A stretch of 64,000 bases of DNA, taken from Eledone cirrhosa (lineage: Eukaryota). Position numbers and translations under genes: made by a program. The stretch lies in the NCBI GenBank assembly GCA_964016885.1, contig OZ024752.1, positions 27,528,001 to 27,592,000 on the forward strand, read 5' to 3'. The notes below the pieces were generated by a model. It worked only from the letters and a program-made list of their open reading frames with translations. It had not been told where the DNA came from and searched no databases. This document shows, piece after piece, positions 28,262-42,565 of this stretch; the first letter of the stretch is position 1; the number at the start of each line of letters is the position of its first letter.

Positions 28262-31107
28262 ACTTCTTTATCAACACACAAACTGTGCAACTAGTACCAA
28301 CTTCGGTTATCAACACACAAACTGAGGAACTAGTACCAACTACAGCTATGAACACACAATCTCTGGAACTAGTACCAGCTTCGTCTATCAACACACAAAC
28401 CGTGGAACTAGTACACACTTCGTGTATCAACACACAAACTGTGGAACTAGTACCAACTTCGGCTATCAACACACAAACTGTGGAACTAGTACCAACTTCT
28501 TCTATCAACACACAAACTGTGCAACTAGTACCAACTTCGGCTATCAACACACAAACTGTGGACCTAGTACCAACTTCGTCTATCAACACACAAACTGTGG
28601 AACTAGTACCAACTTCGGCTATCAACACACAATCTGTGGAACTAGTACAAACTTCGGCTATCAACACACAAACTGTGGAACTAGTACCAACTTCGGCTAT
28701 CAACACACAAACTGTGGAACTAGTACCAACTGCGGCTATCAACACACAATCTGTGGAACTAATACCAACTTCGGCTATCGACACACAAACTGTGGAACTA
28801 GTACCAACTTCGTCTATCAACACACAAACTGTGGAACTAGTACCAACTGCGGCTATCAACACACAAACTGTGGAACTAGTACCAACTTCGGCTATCAACA
28901 CACAAACTGTGGAACTAGTACCAACTGCGGCTATCAACACACAAACTGTGGAACTAGTACCAACTTCGGCTATCAACACACAAACTGTGGAACTAGTACC
29001 AACTACGGCTATCAACACACAATCTGTGGAACTAGTACCAACTTCGGCTATCAACACACAAACTGTGGAACTAGTACCAACTTCGGCTATCAACACACAA
29101 ACTGTGGAACTAGTACCAACTGCGGCTATCAACACACAAACTGTGGAACTAGTACCAACTGCGGCTATCAACACACAAACTGTGGAACTAGTACCAACTG
29201 CGGCTATCAACACACAAACTGTGGAACTAGTACCAACTTCGTCTATCAACACACAAACTGTGGAACTAGTACCAACTACGGCTATCAACACACAATCTGT
29301 GGAACTAGTACCAACTTCGGCTATCAACACACAAACTGTGGAACTAGTACCAACTTCGGCTATCAACACACAAACTGTGGAACTAGTACCAACTTAGGCT
29401 ATCAACACACAAACTGTGGAACTAGTACCAACTACGGCTATCAACACACAAACTGTGGAACTAGTTCCAACTTCGGCTATCAACACACAAACTGTGGAAC
29501 TAGTACCAACTACGGCTATCAACACACAAACTGTGGAACTAGTACCAACTTCGGCTATCAACACACGAACTGTGGAACTAGTACCAACTACGGCTATCAA
29601 CACACAAACTGTGGAACTAGTTCCAACTTCGGCTATCAACACACAAACTGTGGAACTAGTACCAACTTCGGCTATCAACACACAAACTGTGGAACTAGTA
29701 CCAACTTCGGCTATCAACACACAATCTGTGGAACTAGTACCAACTTCGGCTATCAACACACAAACTGTGGAACTAGTACCAACTACGGCTTTCAACACAC
29801 AAACTGTGGAACTAGTACCAACTTCGTCTATCAACACACAAACTGTGGAACTAGTACCAACTTCGGCTATCAACACACAAACTGTGGAACTAGTACCAAC
29901 TTCGGCTATCAACACACAAACTGTGGAACTAGTACCAACTTAGGCTATCAACACACAAACTGTGGAACTAGTACCAACTACGGCTATCAACACACAAACT
30001 GTGGAACTAGTTCCAACTTCGGCTATCAACACACAAACTGTGGAACTAGTACCAACTACGGCTATCAACACACAAACTGTGGAACTAGTACCAACTTCGG
30101 CTATCAACACACGAACTGTGGAACTAGTACCAACTACGGCTATCAACACACAAACTGTGGAACTAGTTCCAACTTCGGCTATCAACACACAAACTGTGGA
30201 ACTAGTACCAACTTCGGCTATCAACACACAAACTGTGGAACTAGTACCAACTTCGGCTATCAACACACAATCTGTGGAACTAGTACCAACTTCGGCTATC
30301 AACACACAAACTGTGGAACTAGTACCAACTACGGCTTTCAACACACAAACTGTGGAACTAGTACCAACTTCGGCTATCAACACACAAACTGTGGAACTAG
30401 TACCAACTACGGCTATCAACACACAAACTGTGGAACTAGTACCAACTTCGGCTATCAACACACAAACTGTGGAACTAGTACCAACTACGGCTATCAACAC
30501 ACAAACTGTGGAACTAGTTCCAAGTTCGGCTATCAACACACAAACTGTGGAACTAGTAGCAACTTCGGCTATCAACACACAAATTGTGGAACTAGTACCA
30601 ACTTCCGCTATCAACACACAAACTGTGGAACTAGTACCAACTTCGGCTATCAACACACAATCTGTGGAACTAGTACAAACTTCGGCTATCAACACACAAA
30701 CTGTGGAACTAGTACCAACTTCGGCTATCAACACACAATCTATGGAACTAGTACCAACTTCGGCTATCAACACACAAACTGTGGAACTATTTCCAACTTC
30801 GGCTATCAACACACAAACTGTGGAACTAGTATAAACTTCGGCTATCAACACACAAACTGTGGAACTAGTACCAACTTCGGCTATCAACACACAAACTGTG
30901 GAACTAGTACCAACTTCTTCTATCAACACACAAACTGTGCAACTAGTACCAACTTCAGCTATCAACACACAAACTGTGGACCTAGTACCAACTTCGTCTA
31001 TCAACACACAAACTGTGGAACTAGTACCAGCTTCGGCTATCAACAGACAAACTGTGGAACTAGTACCAAATTCGGCTATCAACACACAAACTGTGGAACT
31101 AGTACCA
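28262..31107. repeat. 73-monomer HOR variant (2846 bp) = 59-mer plus internal 14-monomer (546 bp) duplication
   Basis: Two TAG monomers at 29397 and 29943 lie 546 bp (14x39) apart; 2846 = 73x39-1. Confidence 0.9.
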
Positions 31108-33407
31108 ACTTCTTTATCAACACACAAACTGTGCAACTAGTACCAACTTCGGTTATCAACACACAAACTGAGGAACTAGTACCAACTACAGCTATGAACA
31201 CACAATCTCTGGAACTAGTACCAGCTTCGTCTATCAACACACAAACCGTGGAACTAGTACACACTTCGTGTATCAACACACAAACTGTGGAACTAGTACC
31301 AACTTCGGCTATCAACACACAAACTGTGGAACTAGTACCAACTTCTTCTATCAACACACAAACTGTGCAACTAGTACCAACTTCGGCTATCAACACACAA
31401 ACTGTGGACCTAGTACCAACTTCGTCTATCAACACACAAACTGTGGAACTAGTACCAACTTCGGCTATCAACACACAATCTGTGGAACTAGTACAAACTT
31501 CGGCTATCAACACACAAACTGTGGAACTAGTACCAACTTCGGCTATCAACACACAAACTGTGGAACTAGTACCAACTGCGGCTATCAACACACAATCTGT
31601 GGAACTAATACCAACTTCGGCTATCGACACACAAACTGTGGAACTAGTACCAACTTCGTCTATCAACACACAAACTGTGGAACTAGTACCAACTGCGGCT
31701 ATCAACACACAAACTGTGGAACTAGTACCAACTTCGGCTATCAACACACAAACTGTGGAACTAGTACCAACTGCGGCTATCAACACACAAACTGTGGAAC
31801 TAGTACCAACTTCGGCTATCAACACACAAACTGTGGAACTAGTACCAACTACGGCTATCAACACACAATCTGTGGAACTAGTACCAACTTCGGCTATCAA
31901 CACACAAACTGTGGAACTAGTACCAACTTCGGCTATCAACACACAAACTGTGGAACTAGTACCAACTGCGGCTATCAACACACAAACTGTGGAACTAGTA
32001 CCAACTGCGGCTATCAACACACAAACTGTGGAACTAGTACCAACTGCGGCTATCAACACACAAACTGTGGAACTAGTACCAACTTCGTCTATCAACACAC
32101 AAACTGTGGAACTAGTACCAACTACGGCTATCAACACACAATCTGTGGAACTAGTACCAACTTCGGCTATCAACACACAAACTGTGGAACTAGTACCAAC
32201 TTCGGCTATCAACACACAAACTGTGGAACTAGTACCAACTTAGGCTATCAACACACAAACTGTGGAACTAGTACCAACTACGGCTATCAACACACAAACT
32301 GTGGAACTAGTTCCAACTTCGGCTATCAACACACAAACTGTGGAACTAGTACCAACTACGGCTATCAACACACAAACTGTGGAACTAGTACCAACTTCGG
32401 CTATCAACACACGAACTGTGGAACTAGTACCAACTACGGCTATCAACACACAAACTGTGGAACTAGTTCCAACTTCGGCTATCAACACACAAACTGTGGA
32501 ACTAGTACCAACTTCGGCTATCAACACACAAACTGTGGAACTAGTACCAACTTCGGCTATCAACACACAATCTGTGGAACTAGTACCAACTTCGGCTATC
32601 AACACACAAACTGTGGAACTAGTACCAACTACGGCTTTCAACACACAAACTGTGGAACTAGTACCAACTTCGGCTATCAACACACAAACTGTGGAACTAG
32701 TACCAACTACGGCTATCAACACACAAACTGTGGAACTAGTACCAACTTCGGCTATCAACACACAAACTGTGGAACTAGTACCAACTACGGCTATCAACAC
32801 ACAAACTGTGGAACTAGTTCCAAGTTCGGCTATCAACACACAAACTGTGGAACTAGTAGCAACTTCGGCTATCAACACACAAATTGTGGAACTAGTACCA
32901 ACTTCCGCTATCAACACACAAACTGTGGAACTAGTACCAACTTCGGCTATCAACACACAATCTGTGGAACTAGTACAAACTTCGGCTATCAACACACAAA
33001 CTGTGGAACTAGTACCAACTTCGGCTATCAACACACAATCTGTGGAACTAGTACCAACTTCGGCTATCAACACACAAACTGTGGAACTATTTCCAACTTC
33101 GGCTATCAACACACAAACTGTGGAACTAGTATAAACTTCGGCTATCAACACACAAACTGTGGAACTAGTACCAACTTCGGCTATCAACACACAAACTGTG
33201 GAACTAGTACCAACTTCTTCTATCAACACACAAACTGTGCAACTAGTACCAACTTCAGCTATCAACACACAAACTGTGGACCTAGTACCAACTTCGTCTA
33301 TCAACACACAAACTGTGGAACTAGTACCAGCTTCGGCTATCAACAGACAAACTGTGGAACTAGTACCAAATTCGGCTATCAACACACAAACTGTGGAACT
33401 AGTACCA
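31108..33407. repeat. 59-monomer HOR (2300 bp); second copy at 38669-40968
   Basis: Landmark spacings 31140->33440 and 38701->41001 are both 2300 = 59x39-1. Confidence 0.92.
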
Positions 33408-34848
33408 ACTTCTTTATCAACACACAAACTGTGCAACTAGTACCAACTTCGGTTATCAACACACAAACTGAGGAACTAGTACCAACTACAGCTATGAACA
33501 CACAATCTCTGGAACTAGTACCAGCTTCGTCTATCAACACACAAACCGTGGAACTAGTACACACTTCGTGTATCAACACACAAACTGTGGAACTAGTACC
33601 AACTTCGGCTATCAACACACAAACTGTGGAACTAGTACCAACTTCTTCTATCAACACACAAACTGTGCAACTAGTACCAACTTCGGCTATCAACACACAA
33701 ACTGTGGACCTAGTACCAACTTCGTCTATCAACACACAAACTGTGGAACTAGTACCAACTTCGGCTATCAACACACAATCTGTGGAACTAGTACAAACTT
33801 CGGCTATCAACACACAAACTGTGGAACTAGTACCAACTTCGGCTATCAACACACAAACTGTGGAACTAGTACCAACTGCGGCTATCAACACACAATCTGT
33901 GGAACTAATACCAACTTCGGCTATCGACACACAAACTGTGGAACTAGTACCAACTTCGTCTATCAACACACAAACTGTGGAACTAGTACCAACTGCGGCT
34001 ATCAACACACAAACTGTGGAACTAGTACCAACTTCGGCTATCAACACACAAACTGTGGAACTAGTACCAACTGCGGCTATCAACACACAAACTGTGGAAC
34101 TAGTACCAACTTCGGCTATCAACACACAAACTGTGGAACTAGTACCAACTACGGCTATCAACACACAATCTGTGGAACTAGTACCAACTTCGGCTATCAA
34201 CACACAAACTGTGGAACTAGTACCAACTTCGGCTATCAACACACAAACTGTGGAACTAGTACCAACTGCGGCTATCAACACACAAACTGTGGAACTAGTA
34301 CCAACTGCGGCTATCAACACACAAACTGTGGAACTAGTACCAACTGCGGCTATCAACACACAAACTGTGGAACTAGTACCAACTTCGTCTATCAACACAC
34401 AAACTGTGGAACTAGTACCAACTACGGCTATCAACACACAATCTGTGGAACTAGTACCAACTGCGGCTATCAACACACAAACTGTGGAACTAGTACCAAC
34501 TTCGGCTATCAACACACAATCTGTGGAACTAGTAGCAACTTCGGCTATCAACACACAAACTGTGGAACTAGTACAAACTTCGGCTATCACACACAAACTG
34601 TGGAACTAGTACCAGCTTCGGCTATCAACACACAAACTGTGGAACTAGTACCAACTTCTTCTATCAACACACAAACTGTGCAACTAGTACCAACTTCAGC
34701 TATCAACACACAAACTGTGGACCTAGTACCAACTTCGTCTATCAACACACAAACTGTGGAACTAGTACCAGCTTCGGCTATCAACAGACAAACTGTGGAA
34801 CTAGTACCAAATTCGGCTATCAACACACAAACTGTGGAACTAGTACCA

Positions 34849-36719
34849 ACTTCTTTATCAACACACAAACTGTGCAACTAGTACCAACTTCGGTTATCAA
34901 CACACAAACTGAGGAACTAGTACCAACTACAGCTATCAACACACAATCTCTGGAACTAGTACCAGCTTCGTCTATCAACACACAAACCGTGGAACTAGTA
35001 CACACTTCGTGTATCAACACACAAACTGTGGAACTAGTACCAACTTCGGCTATCAACACACAAACTGTGGAACTAGTACCAACTTCTTCTATCAACACAC
35101 AAACTGTGGAACTAGTACCAACTTCGGCTATCAACACACAAACTGTGGACCTAGTACCAACTTCGTCTATCAACACACAAACTGTGGAACTAGTACCAAC
35201 TTCGGCTATCAACACACAATCTGTGGAACTAGTACAAACTTCGGCTATCAACACACAAACTGTGGAACTAGTACCATCATCGGCTATCAACACACAAACT
35301 GTGGAACTAGTACCAACTGCGGCTATCAACACACAATCTGTGGAACTAATACCAACTTCGGCTATCGACACACAAACTGTGGAACTAGTACCAACTTCGT
35401 CTATCAACACACAAACTGTGGAACTAGTACCAACTGCGGCTATCAACACACAAACTGTGGAACTAGTACCAACTTCGGCTATCAACACACAAACTGTGGA
35501 ACTAGTACCAACTGCGGCTATCAACACACAAACTGTGGAACTAGTACCAACTTCGGCTATCAACACACAAACTGTGGAACTAGTACCAACTACGGCTATC
35601 AACACACAATCTGTGGAACTAGTACCAACTTCGGCTATCAACACACAAACTGTGGAACTAGTACCAACTTCGGCTATCAACACACAAACTGTGGAACTAG
35701 TACCAACTGCGGCTATCAACACACAAACTGTGGAACTAGTACCAACTGCGGCTATCAACACACAAACTGTGGAACTAGTACCAACTGCGGCTATCAACAC
35801 ACAAACTGTGGAACTAGTACCAACTTCGTCTATCAACACACAAACTGTGGAACTAGTACCAACTACGGCTATCAACACACAATCTGTGGAACTAGTACCA
35901 ACTTCGGCTATCAACACACAAACTGTGGAACTAGTACCAACTTCGGCTATCAACACACAAACTGTGGAACTAGTACCAACTTAGGCTATCAACACACAAA
36001 CTGTGGAACTAGTACCAACTACGGCTATCAACACACAAACTGTGGAACTAGTTCCAACTTCGGCTATCAACACACAAACTGTGGAACTAGTACCAACTAC
36101 GGCTATCAACACACAAACTGTGGAACTAGTACCAACTTCGGCTATCAACACACGAACTGTGGAACTAGTACCAACTACGGCTATCAACACACAAACTGTG
36201 GAACTAGTTCCAACTTCGGCTATCAACACACAAACTGTGGAACTAGTACCAACTTCGGCTATCAACACACAATCTGTGGAACTAGTACAAACTTCGGCTA
36301 TCAACACACAAACTGTGGAACTAGTACCAACTTCGGCTATCAACACACAATCTGTGGAACTAGTACCAACTTCGGCTATCAACACACAAACTGTGGAACT
36401 ATTTCCAACTTCGGCTATCAACACACAAACTGTGGAACTAGTATAAACTTCGGCTATCAACACACAAACTGTGGAACTAGTACCAACTTCGGCTATCAAC
36501 ACACAAACTGTGGAACTAGTACCAACTTCTTCTATCAACACACAAACTGTGCAACTAGTACCAACTTCAGCTATCAACACACAAACTGTGGACCTAGTAC
36601 CAACTTCGTCTATCAACACACAAACTGTGGAACTAGTACCAGCTTCGGCTATCAACAGACAAACTGTGGAACTAGTACCAAATTCGGCTATCAACACACA
36701 AACTGTGGAACTAGTACCA
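34849..36719. repeat. 48-monomer HOR (1871 bp) with CCATCATCGG marker; second copy at 42566-44436
   Basis: Spacings 34881->36752 and 42598->44469 are both 1871 = 48x39-1. The marker TCA lies at 35277 and 42994 (offset 7717). Confidence 0.92.
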
Positions 36720-39700
36720 ACTTCTTTATCAACACACAAACTGTGCAACTAGTACCAACTTCGGTTATCAACACACAAACTGAGGAACTAGTACCAACTA
36801 CAGCTATGAACACACAATCTCTGGAACTAGTACCAGCTTCGTCTATCAACACACAAACCGTGGAACTAGTACACACTTCGTGTATCAACACACAAACTGT
36901 GGAACTAGTACCAACTTCGGCTATCAACACACAAACTGTGGAACTAGTACCAACTTCTTCTATCAACACACAAACTGTGCAACTAGTACCAACTTCGGCT
37001 ATCAACACACAAACTGTGGACCTAGTACCAACTTCGTCTATCAACACACAAACTGTGGAACTAGTACCAACTTCGGCTATCAACACACAATCTGTGGAAC
37101 TAGTACAAACTTCGGCTATCAACACACAAACTGTGGAACTAGTACCAACTTCGGCTATCAACACACAAACTGTGGAACTAGTACCAACTGCGGCTATCAA
37201 CACACAATCTGTGGAACTAATACCAACTTCGGCTATCGACACACAAACTGTGGAACTAGTACCAACTTCGTCTATCAACACACAAACTGTGGAACTAGTA
37301 CCAACTGCGGCTATCAACACACAAACTGTGGAACTAGTACCAACTTCGGCTATCAACACACAAACTGTGGAACTAGTACCAACTGCGGCTATCAACACAC
37401 AAACTGTGGAACTAGTACCAACTTCGGCTATCAACACACAAACTGTGGAACTAGTACCAACTACGGCTATCAACACACAATCTGTGGAACTAGTACCAAC
37501 TTCGGCTATCAACACACAAACTGTGGAACTAGTACCAACTTCGGCTATCAACACACAAACTGTGGAACTAGTACCAACTGCGGCTATCAACACACAAACT
37601 GTGGAACTAGTACCAACTGCGGCTATCAACACACAAACTGTGGAACTAGTACCAACTGCGGCTATCAACACACAAACTGTGGAACTAGTACCAACTTCTT
37701 CTATCAACACACAAACTGTGGAACTAGTACCAACTTCGGCTATCAACACACAAACTGTGGACCTAGTACCAACTTCGTCTATCAACACACAAACTGTGGA
37801 ACTAGTACCAACTTCGGCTATCAACACACAATCTGTGGAACTAGTACAAACTTCGGCTATCAACACACAAACTGTGGAACTAGTACCATCATCGGCTATC
37901 AACACACAAACTGTGGAACTAGTACCAACTGCGGCTATCAACACACAATCTGTGGAACTAATACCAACTTCCGCTATCGACACACAAACTGTGGAACTAG
38001 TACCAACTTCGTCTATCAACACACAAACTGTGGAACTAGTACCAACTGCGGCTATCAACACACAAACTGTGGAACTAGTACCAACTTCGGCTATCAACAC
38101 ACAAACTGTGGAACTAGTACCAACTGCGGCTATCAACACACAAACTGTGGAACTAGTACCAACTTCGGCTATCAACACACAAACTGTGGAACTAGTACCA
38201 ACTACGGCTATCAACACACAATCTGTGGAACTAGTACCAACTTCGGCTATCAACACACAAACTGTGGAACTAGTACCAACTTCGGCTATCAACACACAAT
38301 CTATGGAACTAGTACCAACTTCGGCTATCAACACACAAACTGTGGAACTATTTCCAACTTCGGCTATCAACACACAAACTGTGGAACTAGTATAAACTTC
38401 GGCTATCAACACACAAACTGTGGAACTAGTACCAACTTCGGCTATCAACACACAAACTGTGGAACTAGTACCAACTTCTTCTATCAACACACAAACTGTG
38501 CAACTAGTACCAACTTCAGCTATCAACACACAAACTGTGGACCTAGTACCAACTTCGTCTATCAACACACAAACTGTGGAACTAGTACCAGCTTCGGCTA
38601 TCAACAGACAAACTGTGGAACTAGTACCAAATTCGGCTATCAACACACAAACTGTGGAACTAGTACCAACTTCTTTATCAACACACAAACTGTGCAACTA
38701 GTACCAACTTCGGTTATCAACACACAAACTGAGGAACTAGTACCAACTACAGCTATGAACACACAATCTCTGGAACTAGTACCAGCTTCGTCTATCAACA
38801 CACAAACCGTGGAACTAGTACACACTTCGTGTATCAACACACAAACTGTGGAACTAGTACCAACTTCGGCTATCAACACACAAACTGTGGAACTAGTACC
38901 AACTTCTTCTATCAACACACAAACTGTGCAACTAGTACCAACTTCGGCTATCAACACACAAACTGTGGACCTAGTACCAACTTCGTCTATCAACACACAA
39001 ACTGTGGAACTAGTACCAACTTCGGCTATCAACACACAATCTGTGGAACTAGTACAAACTTCGGCTATCAACACACAAACTGTGGAACTAGTACCAACTT
39101 CGGCTATCAACACACAAACTGTGGAACTAGTACCAACTGCGGCTATCAACACACAATCTGTGGAACTAATACCAACTTCGGCTATCGACACACAAACTGT
39201 GGAACTAGTACCAACTTCGTCTATCAACACACAAACTGTGGAACTAGTACCAACTGCGGCTATCAACACACAAACTGTGGAACTAGTACCAACTTCGGCT
39301 ATCAACACACAAACTGTGGAACTAGTACCAACTGCGGCTATCAACACACAAACTGTGGAACTAGTACCAACTTCGGCTATCAACACACAAACTGTGGAAC
39401 TAGTACCAACTACGGCTATCAACACACAATCTGTGGAACTAGTACCAACTTCGGCTATCAACACACAAACTGTGGAACTAGTACCAACTTCGGCTATCAA
39501 CACACAAACTGTGGAACTAGTACCAACTGCGGCTATCAACACACAAACTGTGGAACTAGTACCAACTGCGGCTATCAACACACAAACTGTGGAACTAGTA
39601 CCAACTGCGGCTATCAACACACAAACTGTGGAACTAGTACCAACTTCGTCTATCAACACACAAACTGTGGAACTAGTACCAACTACGGCTATCAACACAC

Positions 39701-40968
39701 AATCTGTGGAACTAGTACCAACTTCGGCTATCAACACACAAACTGTGGAACTAGTACCAACTTCGGCTATCAACACACAAACTGTGGAACTAGTACCAAC
39801 TTAGGCTATCAACACACAAACTGTGGAACTAGTACCAACTACGGCTATCAACACACAAACTGTGGAACTAGTTCCAACTTCGGCTATCAACACACAAACT
39901 GTGGAACTAGTACCAACTACGGCTATCAACACACAAACTGTGGAACTAGTACCAACTTCGGCTATCAACACACGAACTGTGGAACTAGTACCAACTACGG
40001 CTATCAACACACAAACTGTGGAACTAGTTCCAACTTCGGCTATCAACACACAAACTGTGGAACTAGTACCAACTTCGGCTATCAACACACAAACTGTGGA
40101 ACTAGTACCAACTTCGGCTATCAACACACAATCTGTGGAACTAGTACCAACTTCGGCTATCAACACACAAACTGTGGAACTAGTACCAACTACGGCTTTC
40201 AACACACAAACTGTGGAACTAGTACCAACTTCGGCTATCAACACACAAACTGTGGAACTAGTACCAACTACGGCTATCAACACACAAACTGTGGAACTAG
40301 TACCAACTTCGGCTATCAACACACAAACTGTGGAACTAGTACCAACTACGGCTATCAACACACAAACTGTGGAACTAGTTCCAAGTTCGGCTATCAACAC
40401 ACAAACTGTGGAACTAGTAGCAACTTCGGCTATCAACACACAAATTGTGGAACTAGTACCAACTTCCGCTATCAACACACAAACTGTGGAACTAGTACCA
40501 ACTTCGGCTATCAACACACAATCTGTGGAACTAGTACAAACTTCGGCTATCAACACACAAACTGTGGAACTAGTACCAACTTCGGCTATCAACACACAAT
40601 CTGTGGAACTAGTACCAACTTCGGCTATCAACACACAAACTGTGGAACTATTTCCAACTTCGGCTATCAACACACAAACTGTGGAACTAGTATAAACTTC
40701 GGCTATCAACACACAAACTGTGGAACTAGTACCAACTTCGGCTATCAACACACAAACTGTGGAACTAGTACCAACTTCTTCTATCAACACACAAACTGTG
40801 CAACTAGTACCAACTTCAGCTATCAACACACAAACTGTGGACCTAGTACCAACTTCGTCTATCAACACACAAACTGTGGAACTAGTACCAGCTTCGGCTA
40901 TCAACAGACAAACTGTGGAACTAGTACCAAATTCGGCTATCAACACACAAACTGTGGAACTAGTACCA

Positions 40969-42565
40969 ACTTCTTTATCAACACACAAACTGTGCAACTA
41001 GTACCAACTTCGGTTATCAACACACAAACTGAGGAACTAGTACCAACTACAGCTATGAACACACAATCTCTGGAACTAGTACCAGCTTCGTCTATCAACA
41101 CACAAACCGTGGAACTAGTACACACTTCGTGTATCAACACACAAACTGTGGAACTAGTACCAACTTCGGCTATCAACACACAAACTGTGGAACTAGTACC
41201 AACTTCTTCTATCAACACACAAACTGTGCAACTAGTACCAACTTCGGCTATCAACACACAAACTGTGGACCTAGTACCAACTTCGTCTATCAACACACAA
41301 ACTGTGGAACTAGTACCAACTTCGGCTATCAACACACAATCTGTGGAACTAGTACAAACTTCGGCTATCAACACACAAACTGTGGAACTAGTACCAACTT
41401 CGGCTATCAACACACAAACTGTGGAACTAGTACCAACTGCGGCTATCAACACACAATCTGTGGAACTAATACCAACTTCGGCTATCGACACACAAACTGT
41501 GGAACTAGTACCAACTTCGTCTATCAACACACAAACTGTGGAACTAGTACCAACTGCGGCTATCAACACACAAACTGTGGAACTAGTACCAACTTCGGCT
41601 ATCAACACACAAACTGTGGAACTAGTACCAACTGCGGCTATCAACACACAAACTGTGGAACTAGTACCAACTTCGGCTATCAACACACAAACTGTGGAAC
41701 TAGTACCAACTACGGCTATCAACACACAATCTGTGGAACTAGTACCAACTTCGGCTATCAACACACAAACTGTGGAACTAGTACCAACTTCGGCTATCAA
41801 CACACAAACTGTGGAACTAGTACCAACTGCGGCTATCAACACACAAACTGTGGAACTAGTACCAACTGCGGCTATCAACACACAAACTGTGGAACTAGTA
41901 CCAACTGCGGCTATCAACACACAAACTGTGGAACTAGTACCAACTTCGTCTATCAACACACAAACTGTGGAACTAGTACCAACTACGGCTATCAACACAC
42001 AATCTGTGGAACTAGTACCAACTGCGGCTATCAACACACAAACTGTGGAACTAGTACCAACTTCGGCTATCAACACACAAACTGTGGAACTAGTACCAAC
42101 TTAAGCTATCAACACACAAACTGTGGAACTAGTACCAACTACGGCTATCAACACAGAAACTGTGGAACTAGTTCCAACTTCGGCTATCAACACACAAACT
42201 GTGGAACTAGTACCAACTACGGCTATCAACACACAATCTGTGGAACTAGTAGCAACTTCGGCTATCAACACACAAACTGTGGAACTAGTACAAACTTCGG
42301 CTATCACACACAAACTGTGGAACTAGTACCAGCTTCGGCTATCAACACACAAACTGTGGAACTAGTACCAACTTCTTCTATCAACACACAAACTGTGCAA
42401 CTAGTACCAACTTCAGCTATCAACACACAAACTGTGGACCTAGTACCAACTTCGTCTATCAACACACAAACTGTGGAACTAGTACCAGCTTCGGCTATCA
42501 ACAGACAAACTGTGGAACTAGTACCAAATTCGGCTATCAACACACAAACTGTGGAACTAGTACCA
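40969..42565. repeat. 41-monomer HOR (1597 bp); further copies at 47049-48645 and 61860-63456
   Basis: Three landmark spacings of 1597 = 41x39-2. Each contains the extra ATCACACACAAACT 1-bp deletion and gives a 489-aa ORF (41129, 47209, 62020). Confidence 0.92.
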
